Shown one piece after another: positions 15,001 through 27,306 of a stretch of 64,000 nt of DNA. The notes below the pieces were generated by a model. That model was not told the origin of the DNA. It ran no database searches and was given only the letters and a program-made list of their open reading frames with translations. This stretch comes from Balanoglossus misakiensis. Lineage: Eukaryota; Animalia; Hemichordata. Numbering within the stretch: position 1 is the first letter of the stretch; every line of letters starts with the position of its first letter. The position numbers were made by a program, and so were the translations under genes. Location of the stretch: assembly GCA_040954595.2 (NCBI GenBank), contig CM082581.2:1542699-1606698 (forward strand). Reading direction: 5' to 3'.

Positions 15001-18000
15001 ATTTTCAGATTTTGCAAAGTCGAAAATTTGTCATTTTTTGATGATTTTCACCCTTGATTCTCTTCAAAAATCGACGAAATTTTGAGATTTTGCAGAGTCG
15101 AAAATTTATCATTTTTTGATGATTTTCACCCATGATTTTTTTCAAAAATCGATGAAATTTTGAGATTTTGCAGTAAAAAAATTGTCATTTTTTGATGATT
15201 TTCACCCATGATTTTTTTCAAAATTGACGAAATTTTGAGATTTTGCAGTCGAAAATTTGTCATTTTTTGATCATTTTCCCCCATGATTTTTTTCAAAAAT
15301 CGACGAAATTTTCAGATTTTGCAAAGTCGAAAATTTGTCATTTTTTCATGATTTTCACCCATGATTTTTTCAAAAATCGACGAAATTTTGAGATTTTGCA
15401 GTCGAAAATTTGTAATTTTTTGATGATTTTCCCCCATGATTTTTTTCAAAAATCGACGAAATTTTGAGATTTTGCAAAGTCGAAAATTTGTCATTTTTTG
15501 ATGATTTTCACCCATGATTTTCTTCAAAAATCGACGAAATTTTGAGATTTTGCAAAGTCGAAAATTTGTCATTTTTTGATTATTTTCACCCATGATTTTT
15601 TTCAAAAATCGACGAAATTTTGAGATTTTGCGAAGTCGAAAATTTGTCATTTTTTGATGATTTTCACCCATGATTTTTTTCAAAAATCGACGAAATGTTG
15701 AGATTTTGCAAAGTCGAAAAATTGTCATTTTTTGATGATTTTCACCCATGATTTTTTTCAAAAATCGACGAAAATTTGAGATTTTGCAAAGATGAAAATT
15801 TGTCATTTTTGATGATTTTTACCCATAATTTTTTTTCAGAAATGGACGAAATTTTGAGATTTTGCAAAGTCGAAAATGTGTCATTTTTTGATGATTTTCA
15901 CCCGTTTTTTTTCAAAATTTGTCATTTTTTCATGATTTTCATCCATGATTTTTTTCAAAAATCGACGAAATTTTGAGATTTTGCAAAGTCGAAAATTTGT
16001 CATTTTTTGATGATTTTCCCCCATGATTTTTTTCAAAAATCGACGAAATTTTGAGATTTTGCAAAGTCGAAAATTTGTCATTTTTTGATGATTTTCACCC
16101 ATGATTTTCTTCAAAAATCGACGAAATTTTGAGATTTTGCAAAGTCGAAAATTTGTCATTTTTTGATGATTTTCACCCTTGATTCTCTTCAAAAATCGAC
16201 GAAATTTTGAGATTTTGCAGAGTCGAAAATTTATCATTTTTTGATGATTTTCACCCATGATTTTTTTCAAAAATCGATGAAATTTTGAGATTTTGCAGTA
16301 AAAAAATTGTCATTTTTTGATGATTTTCACCCATGATTTTTTTCAAAATTGACGAAATTTTGAGATTTTGCAGTCGAAAATTTGTCATTTTTTGATCATT
16401 TTCCCCCATGATTTTTTTCAAAAATCGACGAAATTTTCAGATTTTGCAAAGTCGAAAATTTGTCATTTTTTCATGATTTTCACCCATGATTTTTTCAAAA
16501 ATCGACGAAATTTTGAGATTTTGCAAAGTCGAAAATTTGTCATTTTTTGATGATTTTCCCCCATGATTTTTTTCAAAAATCGACGAAATTTTGAGATTTT
16601 GCAAAGTCGAAAATTTGTCATTTTTTGATGATTTTCACCCATGATTTTCTTCAAAAATCGACGAAATTTTCAGATTTTGCAAAGTCGAAAATTTGTCATT
16701 TTTTGATTATTTTCACCCATGATTTTTTTCAAAAATCGACGAAATTTTGAGATTTTGCGAAGTCGAAAATTTGTCATTTTTTGATGATTTTCACCCCTGA
16801 TTTTTTTCAAAAATCGACGAAATGTTGAGATTTTGCAAAGTCGAAAAATTGTCATTTTTTGATGATTTTCAACCATGATTTTTTTCAAAAATCGACGAAA
16901 ATTTGAGATTTTGCAAAGATGAAAATTTGTCATTTTTGATGATTTTTACCCATAATTTTTTTTCAGAAATGGACGAAATTTTGAGATTTTGCAAAGTCGA
17001 AAATGTGTCATTTTTTGATGATTTTCACCCATGATTTTTTTCAAAAATCGACGAAATTTTGAGATTTTGCAAAGTCGAAAATGTGTCATTTTTTGATGAT
17101 TTTCACCCATGTTTTTTTTTTAAAAATCGACGAACCTATGATTTTTTTCAAAATCGACGAAATTTTGTGATTTTGCAAAGTCGAAAATTTTGTCATTTTT
17201 TGATGATTTTCAACCATGATTTTTTTTCAAAAATCGACGAAATTTTGAGATTTTGCAAAGTCGAAAATTTTGTCATTTTTTGATGATTTTCAACCATGAT
17301 TTTTTTTCAAAAATCGACGAAAATTTGAGATTTTGCAAAGTCGAAAATGTGTCATTTTTTGATGATTTTCACCCGTTTTTTTTTCAAAATTTGTCATTTT
17401 TTTCATGATTTTCACCCATGATTTTTTTCAAAAATCGACGAAATTTTGAGATTTTGCAAAGTCGAAAATTTGTCATTTTTTGATGATTTTCACCCATGAT
17501 TTTTTTCAAAAATCGACGAAATTTTGAGATTTTGCAAAGTCGAAAATGTGTCATTTTTTGATGATTTTCACCCATGTTTTTTTTTTAAAAATCGACGAAC
17601 CTATGATTTTTTTCAAAATCGACGAAATTTTGTGATTTTGCAAAGTCGAAAATTTTGTCATTTTTTGATGATTTTCAACCCTGATTTTTTTTCAAAAATC
17701 GACGAAATTTTGAGATTTTGCAAAATCGAAAATTTGTCATTTTTTGATGATTTTCCCCCAGTGGTTTTTTTCAAAATCGACGAAATTTTGAGATTTTGCA
17801 AAGTCGAAAATTTGTCATTTTTTGATGATTTTCCCCACATGATTTTTTTTCAAAAATGGACGAAATTTTGAGATTTTGCAAAGACGAACATTTGTCATTT
17901 TTTGATGATTTTCACCCATGATTTTTTTTCAAAAATCGACGAAATTTTGAGATTTTGCAAAGTCGAAAATTTGTCATTTTTTGATGATTTTCACCCATGA

Positions 18001-21000
18001 TTTTTTTCAAAAATCGACGAAATTTTGAGATTTTGCAAAGTCGAAAATGTGTCATTTTTTGATGATTTTCACCCATGTTTTTTTTTTAAAAATCGACGAA
18101 CCTATGATTTTTTTCAAAATCGACGAAATTTTGTGATTTTGCAAAGTCGAAAATTTTGTCATTTTTTGATGATTTTCAACCCTGATTTTTTTTCAAAAAT
18201 CGACGAAATTTTGAGATTTTGCAAAATCGAAAATTTGTCATTTTTTGATGATTTTCCCCACATGATTTTTTTCAAAATCGACGAAATTTTGAGATTTTGC
18301 AAAGTCGAAAATTTTTCATTTTTTCATGATTTTCCCCCATGATTTTTATCAAAAATCGACGAAATTTTGAGATTTTGCAAAATCGAAAATTTGTCATTTT
18401 TTGATGATTTTCCCCCAGTGGTTTTTTTCAAAATCGACGAAATTTTGAGATTTTGCAAAATCGAAAATTTGTCATTTTTTGATGATTTTCCCCACATGAT
18501 TTTTTTCAAAATCGACGAAATTTTGAGATTTTGCAAAGTCGAAAATTTTTCATTTTTTCATGATTTTCCCCCATGATTTTTATCAAAAATCGACGAAATT
18601 TTGAGATTTTGCAAAATCGAAAATTTGTCATTTTTTGATGATTTTCCCCCAGTGGTTTTTTTCAAAATCGACGAAATTTTGAGATTTTGCAAAGTCGAAA
18701 ATTTGTCATTTTTTGATGATTTTCCCCACATGATTTTTTTTCAAAAATGGACGAAATTTTGAGATTTTGCAAAGACGAAAATTTGTCATTTTTTGATGAT
18801 TTTCACCCATGATTTTTTTTCAAAAATCGACGAAATTTTGAGATTTTGCAAAGTCGAAAATGTGTCATTTTTTGATGATTTTCACCCGTTTTTTTTCAAA
18901 ATTTGTCATTTTTTGATGATTTTCACCCATGATTTTTTTTCAAAAATCGACGAAATTTTGAGATTTTGCAAAGTCGAAAATTTGTCATTTTTTGATGATT
19001 TTCACCCATGATTTTTTTCAAAAATCGACGAAATTTTGAGATTTTGCAAAGTCGAAAATTTGTCATTTTTTGATGATTTTCACCCATGATTTTTTCAAAA
19101 ATTGACGAAATTTTGAGATTTTGCAAAGTCGAAAATTTTTCATTTTTTCATGATTTTCCCCCATGATTTTTATCAAAAATCGACGAAATTTTGTGATTTT
19201 ACAAAGTCGAAAATTTTGTCATTTTTTGATTATTTTCACCCATGATTTTTTTCAAAAATCGACGAAATTTTGAGATTTTGCGAAGTCGAAAATTTGTCAT
19301 TTTTTGATGATTTTCACCCATGATTTTTTTCAAAAATCGACGAAATGTTGAGATTTTGCAAAGTCCAAAATTTTGTCATTTTTTGATGATTTTCAACCAT
19401 GATTTTTTTTCAAAAATCGACGAAAATTTGAGATTTTGCAAAGTCGAAAATGTGTCATTTTTTGATGATTTTCCCCCAGTGGTTTTTTTCAAAATCGACG
19501 AAATTTTGAGATTTTGCAAAGTCGAAAATTTGTCATTTTTTGATGATTTTCCCCACATGATTTTTTTTCAAAAATGGACGAAATTTTGAGATTTTGCAAA
19601 GACGAAAATTTGTCATTTTTTGATGATTTTCACCCATGATTTTTTTTCAAAAATCGACGAAATTTTGAGATTTTGCAAAGTCGAAAATGTGTCATTTTTT
19701 GATGATTTTCACCCGTTTTTTTTCAAAATTTGTCATTTTTTGATGATTTTCACCCATGATTTTTTTTCAAAAATCGACGAAATTTTGAGATTTTGCAAAG
19801 TCGAAAATTTGTCATTTTTTGATGATTTTCACCCATGATTTTTTTCAAAAATCGACGAAATTTTGAGATTTTGCAAAGTCGAAAATTTGTCATTTTTTGA
19901 TGATTTTCACCCATGATTTTTTCAAAAATTGACGAAATTTTGAGATTTTGCAAAGTCGAAAATTTTTCATTTTTTCATGATTTTCCCCCATGATTTTTAT
20001 CAAAAATCGACGAAATTTTGTGATTTTACAAAGTCGAAAATTTTGTCATTTTTTGATTATTTTCACCCATGATTTTTTTCAAAAATCGACGAAATTTTGA
20101 GATTTTGCGAAGTCGAAAATTTGTCATTTTTTGATGATTTTCACCCATGATTTTTTTCAAAAATCGACGAAATGTTGAGATTTTGCAAAGTCGAAAAATT
20201 GTCATTTTTTGATGATTTTCACCCATGATTTTTTTCAAAAATCGACGAAATGTTGAGATTTTGCAAAGTCGAAAATTTTGTCATTTTTTGATGATTTTCA
20301 ACCATGATTTTTTTCAAAAATCGACGAAAATTTGAGATTTTGCAAAGATGAAAATTTGTCATTTTTGATGATTTTTACCCATAATTTTTTTCAGAAATCG
20401 ACGAAATTTTGTGATTTTACAAAGTCGAAAATTTTGTCATTTTTTGATTATTTTCACCCATGATTTTTTTCAAAAATCGACGAAAATTTGAGATTTTGCA
20501 AAGATGAAAATTTGTCATTTTTGATGATTTTTACCCATAATTTTTTTCAGAAATGGACGAAATTTTGAGATTTTGCAAAGTCGAAAATGTGTCATTTTTT
20601 GATGATTATCACCCATGATTTTTTTCAAAAATCGACGAAATTTTGAGATTTTGCAAAGTCGAAAATGTGTCATTTTTTGATGATTTTCACCCATGTTTTT
20701 TTTTTAAAAATCGACGAACCTATGATTTTTTTTCAAAATCGACGAAATTTTGTGATTTTGCAAAGTCGAAAATTTTGTCATTTTTTGATGATTTTCAACC
20801 ATGATTTTTTTTCAAAAATCGACGAAATTTTGAGATTTTGCAAAGTCGAAAATTTTGTCATTTTTTGATGATTTTCAACCATGATTTTTTTTCAAAAATC
20901 GACGAAAATTTGAGATTTTGCAAAGTCGAAAATGTGTCATTTTTTGATGATTTTCACCCATGATTTTTTTCAAAAATCGACGAAATTTTGAGATTTTGCA

Positions 21001-22252
21001 AAGTCGAAAATGTGTCATTTTTTGATGATTTTCACCCATGTTTTTTTTTTAAAAATCGACGAACCTATGATTTTTTTCAAAATCGACGAAATTTTGTGAT
21101 TTTGCAAAGTCGAAAATTTTGTCATTTTTTGATGACTTTCAACCCTGATTTTTTTTCAAAAATCGACGAAATTTTGAGATTTTGCAAAATCGAAAATTTG
21201 TCATTTTTTGATGATTTTCCCCCAGTGGTTTTTTTCAAAATCGACGAAATTTTGAGATTTTGCAAAGTCGAAAATTTGTCATTTTTTGATGATTTTCCCC
21301 ACATGATTTTTTTTCAAAAATGGACGAAATTTTGAGATTTTGCAAAGACGAAAATTTGTCATTTTTTGATGATTTTCACCCATGATTTTTTTTCAAAAAT
21401 CGACGAAATTTTGAGATTTTGCAAAGTCGAAAATGTGTCATTTTTTGATGATTTTCACCCGTTTTTTTTCAAAATGTGTCATTTTTTGATGATTTTCACC
21501 CGTTTTTTTTTCAAAATTTGTCATTTTTTGATGATTTTCACCCATGTTTTTTTTTAAAAAATCGACGAACCTATGATTTTTTTCAAAATCGACGAAATTT
21601 TGTGATTTTACAAAGTCGAAAATTTTGTCATTTTTTGATGATTTTCAACCATGATTTTTTTTCAAAAATCGACGAAAATTTGAGATTTTGCAAAGACGAA
21701 AATTTGTCATTTTTGATGATTTTTACCCATGATTTTTTTTCAAAAATGGACGAAATTTTGAGATTTTGCAAAGACGAAAATTTGTCATTTTTTGATGATT
21801 TTCACCCGTGATTTTTTTTCAAAAATCGACGAAATTTTGAGATTTTGCAAAGAGGAAAATTTGTCATTTTTTCATGATTTTCCCCCATGATTTTTTTCAA
21901 AAATCGACGAAATTTTGAGATTTTGCAAAGTCGAAAATTTTGTCATTTTTTGATGATTTTCAACAATGATTTTTTTTCAAAAATCGACGAAAATTTGAGA
22001 TTTTGCAAAGACGAAAATTTGTCATTTTTGATGATTTTTACCCATAATTTTTTTTCAGAAATGGACGAAATTTTGAGATTTTGCAAAGACGAAAATTTGT
22101 CATTTTTTGATGATTTTCACCCATGATTTTTTTCAAAATTGACGAAATTTTGAGATTTTGCAAAGTCGAAAATTTCTCATTTTTTGATGCATTTTCACCC
22201 ATGATTTTTTTTCAAAAATCGACGAAATTTTGAGATTTTGCAAAGTCGAAAA
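1..22252. repeat. Satellite array, 78-bp AT-rich monomer (runs off window start)
   Basis: Consensus aaaaatcgacgaaattttgagattttgcaaagtcgaaaatttgtcattttttgatgattttcacccatgatttttttc (78 nt) is repeated head-to-tail. The ORF track shows a matching 26-aa period (MGENHQKMTNFRLCKISKFRRFLKKI). The array ends abruptly at ...gtcgaaaa|caagcatc. Confidence 0.98.
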
Positions 22253-23745
22253 CAAGCATCGTCCGATTCGAATTCGACTCGTCATCGGTAGCTTTGTTTA
22301 TTTCGCCCTTGGAGACCTCCCCTGGCCTCGTTAGGATGACTGTTACCAGGACTACCTTAAACCAATCTTTTCGAACCGGACGGTACACACGTCATGTCTT
22401 TGTTAATTGTCCAGGTACCAGAGTGTACGTGTGGGCTCCCTAAACCACTCATTGGCGGCCGGTCCCTGTCCGAATAAACACGTTTGACAGACAAAAAATG
22501 ATGAACAAGTGGCTTATTTCAATACTTCGTTAACTAGACGGCTGAACTCTGAATGTTGATTCAATACGACACATTTACCATTGAAAACGCCCAAAGTAAG
22601 TGGGGGCGTTTGACCATCAATCAAAACCACGCCCAGGTGCATGTGAACGGCCGAAGCAGTGTAACGTTTCACATTCCGTGCAACGTCCGACACTGTGTGA
22701 AAGCGGTTGCTGTCGGGTGGCTTGACCTAATTTTCGTACATTGATATGCATTTGACACCTCACTACCTGTTTTCTCAATATTGCTAAAACTTTGCGTTGA
22801 AATATCACTGAAATGTTGATGATCCACGCACAAGTCGTCTACCCCGGCATGAAAAGCGTCTTATACAAGAAAACTAATTGCACATGACCACCAAGGTCAT
22901 ACCGCAAGGTGTGTCTAAATGTCAAGGAAGGACACTTGGGTCAAGAACGACCATGACGGAGGAAAAACCGACAAGTCATTGTGTAACCTGTTTACTTGCC
23001 AATAGTCAAACGTCAAAATTTACTCTCAACTTGGTTGCAGATCGAGTCTCCCGAATTTCCAACTTTTATGATTGGGTAAATACCGATATGCGACTGGTAT
23101 GCGACGCGTTGACGACGCGAAGATTTTGTTGAAATCAAATGGTTTGTCAAATGTCATCTCACACTGGAGATACCGTGGTCATCTGACATGAAAGGGTTCG
23201 ATTGGGTCTGACCGCCGTCGTTCATCCATGCTTAGAAAGCGGCGATCATGGTACAAAGTAAAACCAAGGTCAAACCTTACTGAACACATGTATTGCATGG
23301 AGAAACTTTTCTCCCTGTCTGTGTACTGAACACGTACCGTGATTGCCATAGTTACAAACGTTACCACGTGAGAGAGATTGCATTTTACATCTGTCTTTTC
23401 AATTTTGTTGCTTTCTTACTATTCGGAATGATGGAGTCGAAACGAAAACTTTTTGCTTCAGGTGGACCTAGGGGAAATACCTTATTTGTGACTTTTTTCA
23501 TGACCCTAAAAAGACGTCGGAATTAATGTGGCTGAGGTCACTCAGGACGACGGAATGGTTGAGCGATTTTATTTTATGAGCTCCCACTAGTATTTGTTTT
23601 ATTGTTTCGGCAGTGTGTCGCGTTATTCGAGCAATCTGCAGTCTGAAAACGAACGGTTTTCAAAGTTTATAACAGAAGAACAGGGGTTTAAGCATGAAAG
23701 GTCCTGTTGTCTCCCTCGCTGTGTTTGTGTCACTGTGTCTTTGAC

Positions 23746-23950
23746 GTCTGACTGACTGATTAACTGGCTGACTGACTTACTGACTGTCTGTCAACGTCGG
23801 TCTGTCTGACTGTCTGCCCCCTCTCTCTGAGAGAGAGAGTGAGCGAGCGAGCGAGCGAGCGAGCGACCGGTGAGTGTCTCTACTGATGAATGTTGCTCTG
23901 TCTGTCTGCTTGTGTCTGTCTGCCACTCTGCCTGTTTCACTCTGTCTCTC
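23746..23950. repeat. Compound microsatellite (CTGA)n/(CT)n/(GA)n/(GAGC)n/(TGTC)n
   Basis: ctgactgactga..., ctctctctgagagagagagtgagcgagcgagcgagcgagcgagcg, tgtctgtctg read directly. Confidence 0.85.
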
Positions 23951-24727
23951 CTAATTTCTTTAAAATTAGGGATATGCTATTAATGCGATATGAAAGTCAG
24001 ACACGACGGAAACCTTTTATTCTCAAAACTGTCTGTTGTTTGCTGTTAAATATTGCAAAAGGTTAAGGGCCCTTTTCGCACGATACACATGGCTTTGCAG
24101 CCGTAGCTCCCAATGTCATAACGATTACCCGAACTACCCTAATTTTAGCCCGCCGACCCAAAACAGTTTAGATCTTCGCAAACCGGAAGTAAAAATAACG
24201 ATGTCAAATATAAAACAATTCATGAAAATTGCGAGAATCACGCAAGAACTATGATGTCATTCTTCTACACTACGACGGCCAAAGATATAAAAAAAATTGA
24301 AAAATAAAAAAATGTCCCTTTCTACCTACAATATTTTTGAAAACCATGTAATCGGAATAGCACATATTAGTTTTTTTGGCCTGAGACATATCCAATTTCC
24401 CAACTGAACATGACACGTGATCAAGCATTTTCGACTTATCAGATGCAATCGCTGAACACCTCACACTGAGCGAGGTTTTGTCTGTCTTTATACGCGCCCT
24501 TTGTATTTGTGCGTGACATGTCCAAGCCTTGTTAGGAACTCCCGTAAAATTCTACTCAAATGATGTATACTTTCATACTTACGACTGACAGGTATTTTCA
24601 GCGTTGCCAGCTGATTGTTTGTCAGGTACCGCTTTATAACAAGACGCCCCTCTGAGTTGATAACCTGCAATGTAACATCATTCAATTGGTCTAGTCATGT
24701 TAGCATTAGTAAAATGCTTCAAAAGTG

Positions 24728-25026
24728 TTAAAGGGACATGATACAAGACACCGTTTATGTTAGTGAATGAACGTTCAACCACACACAACTTCCACCCGGC
24801 TTGTATGATACGAGAGTAAAAACTCGCCCGAAATGAATAAATGGTAGAGACCGTTTATTCATTTTGGCTACTTTTTAAAACTCTCGTGTCTATACAAGCG
24901 GGGTGGAAGGTGTGTATGGTTGAACGTTGGTTCACTATATCCATATGTAGAATAATATAAACGCAGTCTTGTATCAAACATAATTAATGGAAAAAGGGCA
25001 GCGAGAGAGAGACTTTGTCCCTTTAA
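24728..25026. mobile_element. Foldback MITE family A, copy 1 (TTAA TSD, AGGGACA termini; Kolobok-type)
   Basis: ttaa|agggaca...tgtccct|ttaa. The body is largely palindromic (gatacaagac/gtcttgtatc; aacgttcaacca/tggttgaacgtt). Homologous to 25661-25984 and 40876-41230. Confidence 0.88.
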
Positions 25027-25289
25027 TGAATACAGCCACAATGTTCTGTTTATATCTACTGACGGACCAGGCATGGATTGTCACGTATAATTCTTTGAAA
25101 CGTTTGGTCCTCTGAAGAAATCTGAGCACTCATCTACTCAGTTTGCTTATTTTGTCTTCCTCCACCAGTCAGTGGTATCGTCCGATTTGATACTCCACTC
25201 TAAGCCTCTTTCTGAATGGCTCTTTAAGTTGTGATCTGTAAGTCTTAAACCTTTCATCATCCCCCCCCCCCCCGTTTCCTCTTTAGAGG

Positions 25290-25660
25290 TCGTCAACTGG
25301 TAAACTGTGCGCCTGTGTCTCTTCCCATAGGAGTACATGGAGAATAGTTAGAAAACTCACTTCTACTATTGTCATTTTCATGAAATTTTACACATAGCTC
25401 CGACAAATCAAAATAAATTCATCACGCTCTATTTTGAGATAAACTTTGTTCAATATTGTATCCATAGACAAACCATTGGTAGAAAATGCTGACCGTTAGC
25501 AGTTTTCTTCAATTGTCGACTAAATTCACGGCCTTGTTTAAAGTCGAAAACAAGTGCAGTGACCCAAAATGGATTTTCATTATACATACAAATCAGAAAC
25601 GAAAATTCACGATTAAAAGAAATGACAATGCTTTCAATTTTACTGATCGTACATCCTTAA
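25290..25660. mobile_element. Fragment of TTAA-type non-autonomous DNA transposon family B
   Basis: 25295-25500 (cttctactattgtcattttcatgaaattttacacatagctc) matches the reverse complement of 35090-35320. Ends in the same terminus tacatccttaa as 35331-35341. Confidence 0.65.
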
Positions 25661-25984
25661 CTCGCTGCCCTTTTCCATGTTTGATACAAAACACCGTTTA
25701 TATTAATGTAAATGTGGATATATAGTGATGCAACGTTCAACCGCACACACCTTCCATCCCGCATGTAGACACGAGAGCGAAAACTCGCAAAACTGAAAAA
25801 TCGGTCTCTACCATTAATTCATTTTGGGCGAGTTTTTACTCTCATATCATACAAGCAGGATGGAAGTTGTGTGTGGTTGAACGTTCATTCACTACATAAA
25901 CACATGCCCATTAATATAAACGGTGTCTTGTATCAAACATAATTAATAGAAAAGGGCGACGAGAGAGAGAGTTTGTCCCTTTAA
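25661..25984. mobile_element. Foldback MITE family A, copy 2 (left end truncated)
   Basis: Starts ctcgctgccctttt and ends gagagagagtttgtccct|ttaa, with the same internal palindrome as the other copies. Confidence 0.85.
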
Positions 25985-27306
25985 GGCGACATGATGCATG
26001 AAGTGGCGAGAGATAAACGCGGCTGACCACCGCATTAAACACTGTCAAGCAAGGCACTTCAAATGCCAATTGTTTAAGTGTGTACTAAGTAATAGGTTCA
26101 TGTACCATGGGGGGGGGGTCAAATCACAACAGTTGGACATGTACGAATATGAAGAGACGATATCAGTTTGTTCATGTCTTCCTTTAGTAAACAATCTTTT
26201 TTGAACTTTGTATAGAATTCATTGAACTTTACTTTAGCTTATGAACTCTCATTTGCACATCGTCATCTTGAAAGTGTGTCGACTTTATCATAAGGTTTTT
26301 ATAACTCAACTAGGTCGCAAAACCTATTTAAGTTAGTGAGAATAGGACGTTCACCTTTTGGGTTGATGGCTACAGCCGTTAATCCTGACTCATACACATG
26401 TTGCAGCCAGTATACTCTGCAGACATTGGACACAATAGTTTTACGAACCATTAAATTTTATTGGACCATCAAGTTTATTGACCCATGACGTTCATATAGA
26501 TTTTATGACACGACTGACGCTATAATCGGTCCTTACCTTTGGCGAGCCAAGTGTTTTATAACATCATAAGATATTAATACCTATCACCCAGTCAAACGAT
26601 TTCAAGTTATAAAATTTCCACGCCAATAGGACGCCTTTAGGTGGAAATGCAACCAGGTATCCTAAATAGGAAAATATTCCGGGTATCTGTCAAGTTTAGT
26701 CCCATATTTAGGGGACCAAGAGCCCTCAGGCGCTTGGTCCCCTTCTGTTATTGCTGGAGTTTGTCTTCTTTCTTCTTGAGTCGTTTTTTTGCGCCCGTTT
26801 TTCTCTGAAATTCCGGCAGGTGCGCCTCCAAATTTGGCACGGTGGTTGGGGCCCATGAGTACTGGTGCACCTGCCCTTTGAATTTGTAATTAGTCACGTG
26901 ACTTTGTGGCTATAATCGAGCGAAATTTTCAAATTGACCTAATTTGCACGTTAATGGGGGCATGTACATTCTTTTCGCGATTTTTGTAGACCATGTGGCC
27001 AAAATCCCCTGTGCCAAATTTCAAGGTCCTAGGCCACGTCGATTTTGAGAAGAAGATTTTTGTAATATTTTTTCGCATTTTTTGGTGGGCTGAGGACGGA
27101 CACTGGGGCATCGGACTTTGACCGTCATTACGTAATGTTGTGGAGATCTCATTAGCAGGCTACTCACTTCTGGCGGGTTGCAGTAGTCCTTGGAAAATCG
27201 GCTGAAATACGTAAACAGACCAGTGATTATTTTCCACGGAATGAATTTTGGGACAACACATTATCGGAGTTCAGGCTGTGTTAGGGCGTTTTATTGAATT
27301 ACGCTG

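Noticed and set aside
215-22126. Dozens of K/F-rich ORFs in the first 22 kb
   Set aside because: They are translations of the 78-bp satellite (78 = 26 codons), repeatedly broken by homopolymer indels.
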